A stretch of DNA of 61,537 bases, the filler included, from Diploschistes diacapsis (Eukaryota), in assembly GCA_023645945.1 (NCBI GenBank). It is 5 parts of 5 records of this genome, joined end to end, with 100 filler letters (N's around TTAATTAATTAA, not from the genome) between each part and the next. Parts side by side here need not be neighbours in the genome. Positions count along the whole stretch, not along the records: positions 24,692 to 36,918 come from JALAIB010000761.1; positions 37,019 to 49,235 come from JALAIB010000762.1; 3 more parts are not named here. One strand, 5' to 3'. Shown piece after piece: positions 25,589-38,602 of the stretch (its first letter is position 1; every line of letters starts with the position of its first letter). The notes beneath the pieces were generated by a model. The model was not told where the DNA came from. It saw only the letters and a list, made by a program, of their open reading frames with translations, and did not search any database. The position numbers and the translations under genes are program-made.

Positions 25589-25692
25589 TAATTCATTAGG
25601 GTTACTCAGCTACACTGTATACAATCCAAGCATGTGAGATGGGAACGTTTGGAAACGATCACACTCGCACTCGCACTCGTGCTAGAAGAACC

Positions 25693-28386
25693 TTAAAGCC
25701 AGTCATCGTCCCCAATCAAGGCCTTCCCACTTTCAACGTTCAAGCGATCACCAACGCCAATACCAAGGTCAAGCTTGGGCATATCCAACATGGGTGCCTT
25801 CTCCGCCTTTTTCTTCGCGGGGCTCGAGCTCTTTGCCCTTCTTCTAAGTTCATCCTTGGGTGGTCCTTCTCGAACATCCTTACTGCTCCACCCATCTGCT
25901 CGCGCAGCTCCAACCCAAGTGATCAGACCAGCATGAACGTGGCCATAGAACTTTTCCTTGCAGATACGAAGCTGGCCGCCCATTACCCTTTCGAAGCCGC
26001 TATCTCTTAGCTCCATCCGCAATGAATTGCGTTCGTCGGCAGAGGGAATTGAAGCAACAAGCCCGTTGAGCAGATCAAGGTGAGTAGCAAGATAGATGGT
26101 CGCATCCCATTCAACACTACCGACGTAGGGCGCTGCAGGCACTGGGGGTCGTGGCGCCGGAAAGTGAGCGGAGCAATAATGCATGTCGGGTGAAGGAGCC
26201 TCAGGATACGGGATAACATTAACACTGTGCAAGAATATCCAGAAGACCTCCTTGGATACATTCGTGACCTCGGTGCACCAAAGCTTGTACGGGCGCGATC
26301 GACGCATATCGGCAATGAAGCCCAGAGGCGTTGCAGATTCTGCCGGCCTTGGGTCCCGAAGATAGCCTAGCAGAGTCGCAGCTCTTGAGGGAGTCGGTGA
26401 AGCAGCAAGGTAGCTGAAGAGTAGGGATACGATGAGACCCCGGGTCGGGAACTCAGCAGGCCCTTTTCTCTCTTCTCCCGATGAAAAGAGTACCGCAAGA
26501 AGGGTAGGGAACAGTTTTGACTGGAGGCCTTCAAGCTGCCTCAGCGCCGAGGATGTCGTCATTAGAGCTTTAAGGCAGGTTAGTGTGTGGTGCAGAAGAT
26601 TGTCTTCGTGTTCCTCCCTTAACGACGCGTTAGAGATCATCTGCGAAAAGCCATGCTCAGACTTACCGCCACTCAATCTCTATGATGCGATACAGCAGGT
26701 TGATTAATTCAACCATGCCTCCATCCGATATGAACTGGTCGACCCACGTGACAGTTTCATTGCGCAGAAGCTGCTTGAGCTTCTGGATCTTTCCGACTTC
26801 CACCTCCTGCGGTTTCTGCACTTTTCCGAGATACGAAATGAAGTCATCCGGTACTGCAGGCTTTGGAGCTCTGTTGAACAGCTTGAAGCTCGACGTGCTT
26901 GCAACAGAGTTTAAAGATGTGGCAGAAATCGACCGCGGAAGATCTGCCGACTTGGTCCGAACGTGGGGGGTGCTTCTTCCTGATCTTTGCTTCTTTGTAG
27001 GTGACTCGTCTCCCTTTTTCAAGGTAAAGTTGAGGCTCCTGGGCCTCGGCTTTTTGCTACCATTGGTTTCGCCGTCAATCTGTGCTAGGGAAATCGAGTT
27101 GTCTGTCGCCGACCGGCCTGCTGTACCAGGGCGGGAGGGTGCACAAGCAGCGGGCCATTGTGCGCCGTCAAGTGAAGGAGAGCTCGTACTATTCTGCTTG
27201 ATAAGATCTGCCTTCATGTTAGTATCCAGCGCCCTCATCTTTTCGCGCACTTCGGGTGGAATGTTTCTCGATTCCTATTCCAATTAGCGATCAAATCGAG
27301 ATTGAATATCGTTCCAAGTGCGCTCACCAGCATCTTCTCAAAGGCGCTCTCGATCTCGGACTTGACGGGTTTCGTCTCTTTCAGCACCAACAACTGCTGC
27401 TCCGACTTTTCAGATTTCCCGCTAAATGCCGCCACAGCAGCCTTCACTCTAGAGCCACCCTTTGCCATCCCAAAGGTTGGCTTAGACGAGCACTTTCCAA
27501 CCACCTCTTCCTCTGCTGTTGTTGGTCGACTGGACCGTTTTTTTGGTCCTACGTCGCGAGAGACATCCTCAACATCCTCCTTCTTCAGCGAAGCTGAGCG
27601 CACCTTCCGAAGTCGATCAAATGTACCGACTAGCTGACTTACTGGCCTACTGCCATCGAAATAACTGCCTTTCGAGGAGGGCCTCTCCTGACTGTGCTTC
27701 TTGAGCGACGGCTCTTCAGGGAATATCCGTCCCTTTGACGGCGAGTAATCTTGAGGGGTATACAACGCAGCTTCGTCTTCAACCTTCCAGGTGTCGTTCA
27801 GGGGAACCTTGGTGGCCTGACTGTGTTCGCCATCATCTTTCCTTGAAAATTGTGCCCAGATCGGCGGAGGCACATCCATGACTTTTCGCGTTGGTGGTTC
27901 ATTCTCTTTGTTCCTGATTTGCTGATCAAGCTGTCTCTCGTTCACGTTCGTGGTCTTGGATTTCGGAAGATAGGCTGAAATATTGGTAGAAGACTTTGAC
28001 TTCTTGAAAAGACTGCTTTTCTCCTGTTTCTTTGTGTTTTCTTGAGGCTGCTTATTCTTGTCCTTCCCTGTAATGGCCTTCAGTGAAATGATACTCTTTG
28101 ATCTCTTGTCATGCAAGCCGGCACTATCCATTCCCTGTTGAACCAGGTGTGCCGATCTTCCGCGTTCTCGATTATGGTGAATTTCCCCTAGTGGTACCTG
28201 TGATTGCAACCGACTTGCTTCGATTGACCTCTTGGCAGCCGACGATGCCTTTGTCAGTCCGGACTTTTCTAACTCTTGTGTCTTTGCAGTACGTGCTGAA
28301 ACAATCGACCTGAGAACAGCAGATGGTGTCCTCTTATGTCGACTTGGGCCAGTAGTAGTATCCCCAATCGTGTTGGGCATTTCCAT
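25693..28386 (-). CDS. Formin-like GTPase-binding (GBD/FH3) protein without FH1/FH2, Rid1-like
   Basis: EIESAFEKML|..IPPEVREKMRALDTNMKADLI; VEVGKIQKLKQLLRNETVTWVDQFI; EIEWR|EEHEDNLLHHTLTCLKALMTT; EVFWIFLH; VEWDATIYLATHLDL; two introns. Confidence 0.82.
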
Positions 28387-29057
28387 GGAAGCCTACAGCT
28401 GCAAGCTCCACGACCGTGTAACGGTACAGTTCCACAAGTAATTCAGCGTTGTAGTAGCATAGGAAAAGAAGCAAGAAGTAGGGAGGGGCTGGAAGTACTG
28501 ATAGAAAATTAGACTGTGTGAGATTGGCGTGGTTGCAGTTCTGCAAAATCAACGCATGTCGAATATCACATTTGAGGTTGGAGGTCAAGTCTGAAGAAGA
28601 ATGCTATATGTTTACGTTGATATAAACTCGGTAACCTAAGCGAAAAATCCGCATGGTGGTCGGGGCAACGATACGCACCATCCCGGAATTTTGTCCGCAA
28701 TCAGCCCCAGCTAACGTACAAAAGACGTGGCATATCAGTTGTTTGATCTCTCCTATTGAACATTGAACACAAACCTCTTTGAACGAGCTCCGTACCTCTT
28801 GCTTCAACTTTTGCCCTTGAGCAGCCGTCATAGAAATCCGCACTTTGTTGCCGCGGCGGAGTGATACGGCCCTCGCGCTTGCTCTTCGATTAGTGAAGCC
28901 TATGACGATGGCATTACGGGAACACAAAGCCGATATTCTCCGGCACCATGATTGGGAGCCGCTTGCCGAACTTCTATATAACAGTTCTATATCACTCTTT
29001 CAAAATCTGTACCTCGATATCATATCCTAAGCGTTCCCTTCATGGCGCGAAAAAGTC

Positions 29058-30869
29058 ATGAACTACCCTTCCTGTGTCGATGAGGTCAAAAGCCACCCGG
29101 AATGGAATCAGAATCCCAGCTTTCTATTGCATGATCTCACCGCTCGCCAAGCTCTCAATGGAGCAACTTTGAAACTTTCAAGTAGCCGTTCGCAGCAAGT
29201 GACCCGATCACCAGAGAAGGCGTCGGAAGAGGTTGAAAGCCAGTGTCGGGATTATGTGGCATCTCCAACGATGCAGGGTGCACCCGTGGCAGGCACCTCC
29301 AACGTCAGTATCACTGCAGAGGCTCCAAAGTATCAGCGAAGGAGGACTTGCAAGAGCATTGCACGCTCCTTGTGCGGATCGCGGATAGCCTCTAGCATAG
29401 CATCAAATCCTTTCATAAGGAGCGTGGGTTATCTGGCAAGTTTTGTTGGTCCTGGGTTCCTTATCGCTGTGGCCTACATCGATCCAGGCAATTATTCCAC
29501 AGATGTTGCGGCGGGAGCAGCAACAAAGTATCAACTTCTTTTTATTGTTCTGATGTCCAATGTTTTCGCTGTGGTTCTTCAAGCCTTGTCAGTTCGTCTG
29601 GGGACGGTAACTGGCAAGAACCTCTCCGAAAATTGTCGGGCCCATCTTCCAAGATGGCTCAACATCTCCATCTACGTTCTGGCAGAGGCCGCATTAATAG
29701 CGACTGACATAGCTGAGGTATGGGTTTCCGTTATATGTTCAGGAGGTGGGTTGTCTTACAACGCTTACACTAGTCAGGTCATTGGTTCCGCCATAGCTCT
29801 CAACCTACTTTTCAACATACCACTTGTTGCAGGATGCGCGATTACGTTGGTTGACGTCCTACTGATTCTTTTGTTCTATACACCCGAGGGATCCCTGTCA
29901 CGGCTTCGACTTTTTGAATGCTTCGTCGCGGCTTTGGTGATGGCTGTCGTTGTGTGCTTCTGCGTACAACTATCGCTATTGACCAACACATCTGCTGGTC
30001 AGGTCTTCTTCGGTTATCTTCCTTCAGCAGCAGTAGTTGAAGGGGAAGGAGTTTATTTAAGCTGCGGAATTCTGGGCGCCACAGTCATGCCCCACTCCAT
30101 TTTCCTAGGATCGGGTCTAGTGAAGCCTCGTCTACGACGCTTTGATGAAGCAGAGGATACCGCAATTTCCCAAGAGACTCCGCAGGTGGCAGGTAAGGTT
30201 GAGTACAAGCCGTCTTTGAAGGCAATCAAGCACTGTCTCAAGTACTCAACGATTGAACTAGCCATTTCCTTGACAGGATTCGCTCTTTTCGTGAACAGTG
30301 CTATCCTCATAGTGGCAGGAGCCTCTCTATTCTCAAATTCAGCAGCGCAGACTGCTGACCTGTTCGGCGTGTATGACCTGTTAAGCTCCTCCATCACGTC
30401 AGCTGCAGGCACTATCTTTGCGGTAGCGCTCTTTTTTTCTGGAACGGCCGCGGGCATAGTGTGTACCATTGCGGGACAGATGGTGTCTGAAGGACACATT
30501 AACTGGACTATGGCGCCGTGGTTGCGGCGTCTTTTGACCAGAAGTATCACCATTGTTCCAAGTATTATCGTTGCAGCAACACTCGGCCGAGCTGGTTTGT
30601 CCGCGGCACTGAATGCATCTCAAGTAGCGCTCAGCATTATCCTGCCCTTCGTCACGGCCCCGTTGATTTACTTCACCTGCCAAAACAAATACATGACAGT
30701 GAATGGGACGAATATTGGATCGGAACCGCGGCAAGAGTGGGGTATCAGAGTTGCGAGCGTGCCAATGCGCAATCACTGGATAATGAGTTGTCTCGCCGTC
30801 CTCGTCTGGCTGGTCATTACAATCATGAATATTGCATTGCTTGTATTCCTGGGACTTGGGAAGTCATGA
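29058..30869 (+). CDS. NRAMP Mn2+/divalent metal transporter (SMF1/SMF2 type)
   Basis: FVGPGFLIAVAYIDPGN, GILGATVMPHS, GIVCTIAGQMVSEG, multiple TM segments; probable in-frame intron ~29718-29777. Confidence 0.93.
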   Translation: MNYPSCVDEVKSHPEWNQNPSFLLHDLTARQALNGATLKLSSSRSQQVTRSPEKASEEVESQCRDYVASPTMQGAPVAGTSNVSITAEAPKYQRRRTCKSIARSLCGSRIASSIASNPFIRSVGYLASFVGPGFLIAVAYIDPGNYSTDVAAGAATKYQLLFIVLMSNVFAVVLQALSVRLGTVTGKNLSENCRAHLPRWLNISIYVLAEAALIATDIAEVWVSVICSGGGLSYNAYTSQVIGSAIALNLLFNIPLVAGCAITLVDVLLILLFYTPEGSLSRLRLFECFVAALVMAVVVCFCVQLSLLTNTSAGQVFFGYLPSAAVVEGEGVYLSCGILGATVMPHSIFLGSGLVKPRLRRFDEAEDTAISQETPQVAGKVEYKPSLKAIKHCLKYSTIELAISLTGFALFVNSAILIVAGASLFSNSAAQTADLFGVYDLLSSSITSAAGTIFAVALFFSGTAAGIVCTIAGQMVSEGHINWTMAPWLRRLLTRSITIVPSIIVAATLGRAGLSAALNASQVALSIILPFVTAPLIYFTCQNKYMTVNGTNIGSEPRQEWGIRVASVPMRNHWIMSCLAVLVWLVITIMNIALLVFLGLGKS

Positions 30870-31408
30870 TCCAAGGGTCGCTGCGGGACTTTCAAATCCG
30901 TGTACATACTCCTACGATACCCCCCTTTATGAATTCTGTTTGAGACGGACGCAAAAAGAAAGATGACTGGAAGCTATCAAACTCTTCTGAAACTCTTCCT
31001 AGCTATTGTCTACAAAATCCGCATAGACCACTTCGTAATTCCAAACTGCTTCATCATCCCAGCTTTTATCTTCCTGAAAAAACTTCAAGCTGCTGAGACA
31101 AAGGAGTGGGATATTCGTTGGCTCGCGGCCTTGGGCCATTCGGGGCTCCAGGACAGGACCCCACGTCGTCGTTCACGGAAATTGTTTTCTTACAACGTAT
31201 ATATAACCGGCTTCCCTGCTGTAGAAGTTCAAGGCTTTGAAAGTCATTGTACCGTGCACCTGAAATATGTTTTTCTGCTAGAACAATAATCATTTCAATA
31301 TCGTTTGAGAAACTCTGAACCCTACCACTTGTCCCTTTACAGCGTCTCCTACTTCTCTGCAAGCACACGCGCCACTTCAGGCGCAACGGTCTCTCGAACA
31401 CGACCAAA

Positions 31409-32094
31409 ATGAATCGGCTATTCGGCTCGAAAAGTACCGCTCCCAAGCCTACCCTTACCGGTGCCATATCCAATGTGAGATTCATTCCGAAATACCATGC
31501 CCCGTGGAAGCTAAAACTACGCAGGTCGACACGCACATCGAGACTCTCGACGTCAAGCTTTCCAAGATCAACGCCGAGCTTACGCAGTACCAACAAAAGC
31601 TATCAAAAATGCGCGACGGGCCGGGGAAGACAGCGATACGGCAGAAGGCCCTCAAGCTATTGCAGAGGCGAAAACAGCTCGAAGCGCAGAAGGACCAGCT
31701 GGAGCAGCAGTCCTTCAACATGGAGCAGGCGGACATGATGACGACGAACCTCAAGAACGTCATGACGACCGTGGACGCGATGAAGACGACCAACAAGACG
31801 CTGAAGCAGCAGTACGGCAAGATCAACATCGACAAGATCGAGCGCATGCAGGACGAGATGGCGGACCTGATGGAGATGGGCAACGAGATACAGGAGAGCC
31901 TCGGCAGGGCGTACGACGTGCCCGAGGACGTGGACGAGGCGGATCTCGATGCGGAGCTGGAGGCGCTGGGGGAGGAGGTCGAGTTTGAGGGAGGGCTGGG
32001 CGAGAGCGAGGTGCCGTCGTTCATGAGGGACGAGGTTCCGAACTTCGTAGACGAGCCGCCGGAGCAGGGCAAGGTCAAGGAGGCTGCGGGCTGA
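31409..32094 (+). CDS. VPS60: ESCRT-III accessory Vps60/CHMP5 (Snf7 family)
   Basis: MNRLFG..PKPTL..|VDTHIETLDVKLSKINAEL..QKALKLLQRRK..QQSFNMEQA..YDVPEDVDEADLDAELEAL. Confidence 0.95.
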
Positions 32095-33153
32095 TGCGGC
32101 TTTGCATGCCGGGTTGTGGTTTTGCGGGCAGCGGTTGCAGCGGGTGTTGGGCGTTTACGAGCATTCTCATCCACAATACTGATACCCATGAGATATATAT
32201 TTGAGGATTTTTGGATATTGGTCTTCCTGCTGCGTTGATCGTCTTGGTAGGGCATCACCAACACACTCCCCAGCTGAAACACGTGCTGGCTTCTACACGC
32301 TTGTATGAGCTGGCCTCTTCTGGCCTGGATAAGCTCACTACTTCCCACGAAACTCCGAAGTCGAAACGGCTTGGCGTTTTGGTATAGCGGCCCCAGTGAT
32401 ACATCAGGGGATGCGGTCTGCGTCGATTATAGTAAATTCAGATCGAAGTATCTAGCAGTTAGTAGAAAGTTGGAGGGGGGTTAATTTATAATGAATCCAC
32501 TAAAAACAACGCTTTGGGATAAAGGACGGACGGATCCATGCCCCCTGAGCTGCCACTTTTGGACCACCGGGCGGTTCTGCAGGTGCAGCTTTTGCTGGTC
32601 CTGTAACTGCGGTCCTGCAGTAAACATGTAGCTTCCCCTTACGACGACGTCCATCCCCACACCCACCCTCGAAAGTACTGAATTACGCACATTACAAGGC
32701 TCTCTTCACCATCTTTGACACTGACGATCCAGCTTTACTCGAGGCATACTACTTGTTCATACTGTATTACTATTTTTATCGCCCATTGCGAAATCACATA
32801 ACCCATAGAACACGAGATACCCATTCTGCACCGATCCTGCACCGATCCTGCACCGAAGCCCAAGTTAACTAATTATCTTGTACGAGTATTTACAAATACT
32901 TGAATTTCTCACAAGCCTTTCTGACCCTTTTGAACAACCACGTCTTTCTTTCCCTATAGCACCTGCAGGTGAGCAACAACGAAAACTTTTGGCCTGGTGC
33001 TATCAACACCTTCGGCGCTCGATCTTGTACTGCGCAAGTCGCAGCTACTTCCTTCCGGAGCCGTAAGACCTACGTCCCTCTTCTCACAACGCCGTATGAC
33101 TTCTCAATCTCAACGTTCGAAAAGAACCAATCTTCAGGCATTCTCGAAACAAA

Positions 33154-36100
33154 ATGTTCTGGAGATTTGGCGGTTACGCCAACATCTCGACCATCGACAC
33201 AGTCCTTGATAAGCCAGACGTTACTCTCGAAGAAGTTTTGGATGAGTCGGATCTGATCCAAGAGCTAAAGCAGCATAATACAAAACTGATCGAGTACCTG
33301 AGGGATGATGATGTCCTCGCAAAGCTACTCGACTACGTTGTCGCTTCCCCTGCTCCTGGGCTGGGTGACGATGATGGAGGAGACGAGGATGAAGAAGAGG
33401 AGAAAGAGGCGCCAAAGAAAACCCTGAGTCCAATCCGCAGCTTAAGTATAGGACGGTCGAAGGAAAAGAAAACAAAGAAGCAAGAAGAACGGGAAGACCG
33501 TGAACGACAGGAGAAGGCTCGACAAAAACGTTCCTATGTTGCGAGCGAAATATTGTCCTCTGAGACGTGGTCAATCATTGAAGCATTGATGGAAAACCGG
33601 GAACACATGGTGAAGTTTTGGGGTTTTCTACGCAAGGAGCCTTCGTTGGACCCTGTAACAGCGGGCTATTTCACGAAAATCAACGAAACCCTGTTGGACA
33701 AGAAGACGGAGGGGACGTTGAGCTTTGTCAAGTCGCTCGATGGAATTGTTCCAGCCATGCTTCAACACGTCGATTGTCCAATGGTAATGGACCTACTTTT
33801 GAAGATCATTAGCATGGAAAAGGCAGAGGGTGGGCAAGGGGTGGTCGATGTAGGTTCATGTTCCCCTAAACCATCGCGATGCACCTAATCGTATTCCAGT
33901 GGCTCCAAGCTCAAGATCTCATGCCGATGTTGATGGCCTACCTTGGGCAAGAACATCCATCTTTTACTCAGACCTCCGCGGGTGATTTCATTAAAGCCAT
34001 AATTACCATTTCAGCGAACGCCTCGCAGAATGAGCAGTCGTGTATAGGTCCGAACAGTCTGACAAGGCAGCTCGTTTCCGAGTCCTGTATTGAGCCTCTA
34101 ATTGCAAACATGTTAAAGGGTGGGAATCCTTTGACTGTCGGCGTTGGCATTATTATCGAAGTAATTAGGAAAAATAACTCGGACTATGATCCGGAAATAA
34201 CAGCAGGTCAAGAAATGCCTCCTTCGAGCAGCGATCCGATTTATCTTGGAACGCTCTTGCGGCTGTTTGCAGAGCATGTGCCTGAGTTTATGGACCTAGT
34301 ATTGAGCCCAAATCACACGGTTTCTGCGGGGGAGTCTACCGTGTCCGTTATGCGCAAAGAGCTTCAGGTCGCCTTCGGTAACTCCATCGAACCTCTCGGC
34401 TTCGACAGATTCAAGACTTGCGAGCTCATGGCAGAACTCTTACACTGCAGCAACATGGGATTGCTCAACGAAAGGGGAAGCGAAGCATATACTCGGGAGC
34501 GGGATCAAGAGAGGGAGCGGCTTAGGTCCGAAGGCATGCTACAAAGGATTCAGGAGCCTCAGTCGGCAGCAACAGAGTTCTCCGAGGACGGCATTCGACC
34601 ACAAGAAGGTGTATCTGGGCTTCTGGAGAGGCCTACAGGTGAAGCAAAGAAGTCTGAAGCAGCCAACAGCGCCGAAGATGACGGATTTGAGGATGTTGGG
34701 GCCTCCGGGGATTTGGCGGACGAGATGAGAGACGATTTCGACGAAAAGAACGATTTCGAGCTGGAAACGGGAATCGCAGAATCAGCGAGTCCCATCAAGC
34801 CGTCCAAGTCGCGTCTCTCGTTGGACGACGAGTTTTTCGACGAGCCTCTGCACTCACCGGCTACTTCTACGGATCGCAACAAACCTTCCTCTGCCAGCTT
34901 AGATCAATCGGAGGAAGGTAAAGCTGAGCCAAGGTCTCCCACCACCGCGCTTGCATCCGGCGTGGACGAGCTGGGCCTGAGGTGCGATGATGACCGGCCC
35001 GAAGGGTCGCAGCCCCCAGTAAAGTCGGCCGCGGGGGAACTTATGACTGAAATTGGCGCTCAGCTTTCGCCGAGGAAAGAAGCTCGGGAGAGCCCAGCTC
35101 TGCCGGAGCGCGGCCAAGGTCTCCACGTTCAAAATAACAAGACAGATGCAGGAAGCCCCGGCAGGATGTCGCCGCATCCAGAGGATACCCCCGCACCCTT
35201 GTTCGCCAGCAATGCTGAAGATTCTATAATGGTGAACGACGCTTCCGCGGGCGAGGGTGGACTTGGTGGGAATGCGCCAGCGCAAGGTCATGAGCAGGTA
35301 CGAACAAGCGGACAAGAAAGCCAGCCACGGCAAGGAGAAGAAACAGCTTTTGTTCCCCAGATGGAACCGGATCTCAATGGGCAGCCTATAGTTGGGGATT
35401 ACTTGAAGATGCAGTTCGTGGAGCACAGAGTTGTGCCAACCATACTTGTAAGTTAAAAAAAAATTACCGCATGCGATAGCAGCCAGTCTACTAACCCTAC
35501 GCAAGGATTTTTTCTTCCGCTTCCCGTGGAACAATTTTCTGCACAATGTGGTATACGACGTGGTACAGCAGGTGTTCAACGGACCGATGGACAGGGGCTT
35601 CAACCGGAACCTAGCCATCGACCTGTTCTTGACCGGTAGGGTAACGGATCGAATCATAGAGGGCCAGCTGCGAAGCGACGAGGCTCAGGCCAGGAACAAC
35701 ATGCGTTTGGGATACATGGGACATCTTACGCTGATCGCAGAAGAGGTAGTCAAGTTCAGCGAGAGACATACGCCAGAGGCTCTCTCGGAGCCGGTCGTGG
35801 ACATCGTCACCCAAAGGCTGTGGAACGATTACGTGGAGAACACTCTCGCGGAGACCCGAGAGCGAGACAACGCCATTCTCGGTGGCGTCCGACCCGACGT
35901 AGCCGGAGGTCCAAGACAAGCCGTTCTCAACGCCGTCAACGCAGGCCAGGGATTCGGCAACAACCCCTCGTCTGTCTTGGCAAATGCTGGCCTCAATGGT
36001 GGCGGTGGAGGAGGTGGTGGTGGTGGGCTCGACTCCATGGACCTGTCGAGCAATGCAGCCGGCGGCAGCTTTCTGAGCGGTGGCTCGCTGCTGAGCGGAT

Positions 36101-36228
36101 TCGGTAGCTCAAGCGACGAGGAGGACGAGGAGATGGAAGAAATCGTGGAGACGGAGGGGAGCGGGGAAAACAATTCCGATCAAGTGGGTCATTTCCAATT
36201 TGAAGATGTCGTTATGAGCGATGCATGA
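33154..36228 (+). CDS. SIT4 phosphatase-associated protein (SAP155/185/190 family)
   Basis: MFWRFGGYANISTIDTVLDK..ESDLIQELK; IIIEVIRKNNSDYD; EPLGFDRFKTCELMAELLHCSNM; FFFRFPWNNFLHNVVYD; RLGYMGHLTLIAEEV; two introns. Confidence 0.93.
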
Positions 36229-36918
36229 TCAAGTGATACCCTGCATGATGCGGTTAAAGGAGCACTCATACTTTTGGTTGATTCGGTTGTTTGATATGCT
36301 TGGGAAAAGAGCTATAAGATGTAGGGACGGGCAGGCAGGACGGGGTGTGTTTGAGGATGTTGTGGATGGTCGTTGTCTTTATACATGTGTCTTTAGACAG
36401 GCCGTCAGGCATCCTGGAGCACTCGACTCTGCGAACATGCTCTCTACCTACCCGCCCCTGATAGCTTTGTACACATGTTGGGAGCCTCTCATGTATCCAG
36501 CGTTTTCCATATGCTCCTCCCCCCCCCCCCTCCACTCGATCTTAGCCAAGGGTTTCATGAGCCCTAAAAGCGATGTTCCTTTCACCGAGCGACCTATTCT
36601 TTGTTCATTTTTCTATAAGAGTTGCACGCCCCGTACCCTCGCATCGTTACTCCTAGTCGCTCGATATCATGACGGAAGCAAAAGACACAAAGGAAATAAG
36701 ATTTATTGAGAAAGCTGACAGAACCTCGAAGCGCTCCTCCACCACCGCGACCGGCCTCGCCGCCCTCTCAATCTTCTACCAAAATCCCGCTTCAATCCAA
36801 ACCCCAATCTCCACCCCATCCACCCCATCCAACCCCGAAATTGATAACAACAACAACAACACGCCGTCCTCCACCACAATTACCACCACTGCTACTTCAA
36901 ATTTGCCCATCCAACAAC

Positions 36919-37018
36919 NNNNNNNNNNNNNNNNNNNNNNNNNNNNNNNNNNNNNNNNNNNNTTAATTAATTAANNNNNNNNNNNNNNNNNNNNNNNNNN
37001 NNNNNNNNNNNNNNNNNN
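36919..37018. other. Artificial contig spacer
   Basis: N44-TTAATTAATTAA-N44. Confidence 0.98.
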
Positions 37019-37278
37019 CTATGGGGGAGGCGGATACGGTAGGTTCTTTAATCTTGTTGTAACACTTGTGCTTATTCTCCGAAGGAGGAGGTGGCGGTTA
37101 TGGTGGTCGAGGCGGTGGCGGTGGTGGTAGGTCCCTTACCCCAAATATTCACGAGACAAAGCTGACAGCAGTAGGTTACGGTGGCGGCCAAGGAGACCAA
37201 CAAGGTGGCGGGTCATATGGAGGTGGTGGCTATTCCGGATATGGTCAGCAACAGGGTGGTGGAGGAGGGGGCTGGTAG
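37019..37278 (+). CDS. 3' end of a Gly/Tyr-rich protein (likely glycine-rich RNA-binding protein), 5'-truncated
   Basis: YGGGGY|GGGGGYGGRGGGG|GYGGGQGDQQGGGSYGGGGYSGYGQQQGGGGGGW* split by two GT-AG introns; no RRM visible in the window. Confidence 0.55.
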
Positions 37279-37731
37279 GCTCGATCTTGCGGATTGAGCA
37301 CTGGTCATTCATTCTAGATTCTCAGAGTCCGCGCCATTGACGAACTACGAGACAGATCGTTGCCCTGTACGATCAATGTTAGTAACCTACGGCACGGGTT
37401 TGGGTCTGGTTCATGATACCCTTCGGTTATGCTTGCGAGTCCCTAGCACACAATCAATTTTCAAAGCAGGAATTCTGGACGCAAGATAGCACAATGAGTT
37501 AATTGAAAGGATAAAGATTCAGGAGTCTATTTAGTTTTTGCGCCGGGAACGGCACAGGGTCATTTGCACACCAACCGTCCTTTCCACCAAGCCATTGCTC
37601 CTTGACTTTGGAAAGTTAAAGGGATGGAAAACCTAGACGAAAGGTGGAGATTCGACTTACATCTCACTTGTTTTGTTTGTGTTTCTTCATGTTCTTCCTG
37701 ATATTATTCGCTCCGAATTCGCTGTGTCACC

Positions 37732-38602
37732 TTACACTGCTATGTTGGTTACTTCAGTGTTTGTCCGATCTTCAATTTCTCGAACCCGCGTGGCAAGGTC
37801 TTCGATATGCTTGTCCCCACTTTCATTTCCTAGCTCATTTAGAGCTTTCTCGAGCATAAACAGATATTCTTTGTTCTCTCCGCTCGGACCTTTGCTTTGC
37901 AGGATATGCTTTGCAAGTTGTTGGGGTTCTTGAACGCCCATGAATTGCGGGTTGTCCGGAAGGCCAATGTATACGAGGCACTCAATTGCCGCTTTGTTTC
38001 TTTCGGCTGGCTTAAAGGGCGTGTACTGGATACTGTAGCCATTGACTTCGCGGATATCCAAGTAGTCTTTGACCTCAGCAACCTTTGATGCTTCGATACG
38101 ATATGCAGCTCCCCAGACTCGATCTTCTGGAATCGTGTACTAGCAGACTACTTGAGCACGCGTTCCCGAGCTTGGCTTCGGGGTTGGAATACTCGGTCCC
38201 CAAGGCTATCCCAGAAACTCCTCTCTATCAGAGTGACGACCCGACCTGGAGCTTCCGGTGTGCCACGATGGTCCTCACTAAAGTGTTAATAAAGACTGGA
38301 CAGACGCCCATCGAATCTCACCTAGCCTAGGAAGCACTGTTAAATGAAAACCTTGAACACCAAGCCGTCGTGCCCTACCTGCCAGAACCTACGCACATAG
38401 CCTTCGACATAGCCTGGTATTCGTAAGTCCACGATGGATTAGCGTCTTCTCCTATTGTAGCACAGTGATGCCTACCATAATGGGGAGGTGGCTTCCAAAT
38501 CAGCGACCTTTACTCACATTACAACCGGATAGTAGGATAGACGGACATCACATACCCGTATCCAAAAAGCCAGAATTCTCTGTTCTTGGAGTGCGCCTTC
38601 AT
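37732..38602 (-). CDS. GCG1: ChaC-family glutathione-specific gamma-glutamylcyclotransferase
   Basis: FWLFGYG|SLIWKPPPHY..GYVRRFWQ|AS|EDHRGTPEAPGRVVTL..WGAAY..YLDIREVNGY..GPSGENKEYL. Confidence 0.92.

Noticed and set aside
31482..32348. 288-aa antisense ORF over VPS60, and similar shadow ORFs over YSC84, SAP, NRAMP and Rid1-like genes
   Set aside because: Explained by codon bias of the real gene on the opposite strand; no recognisable domains.
32826..32856. (CTGCACCGATC) x ~2.8 upstream of the SAP gene
   Set aside because: Short slippage-type duplication with no evidence of function.
36840..37278. Joining the end of segment 3 to the Gly-rich exons of segment 4 as one gene
   Set aside because: Separated by an artificial spacer between unlinked contigs.
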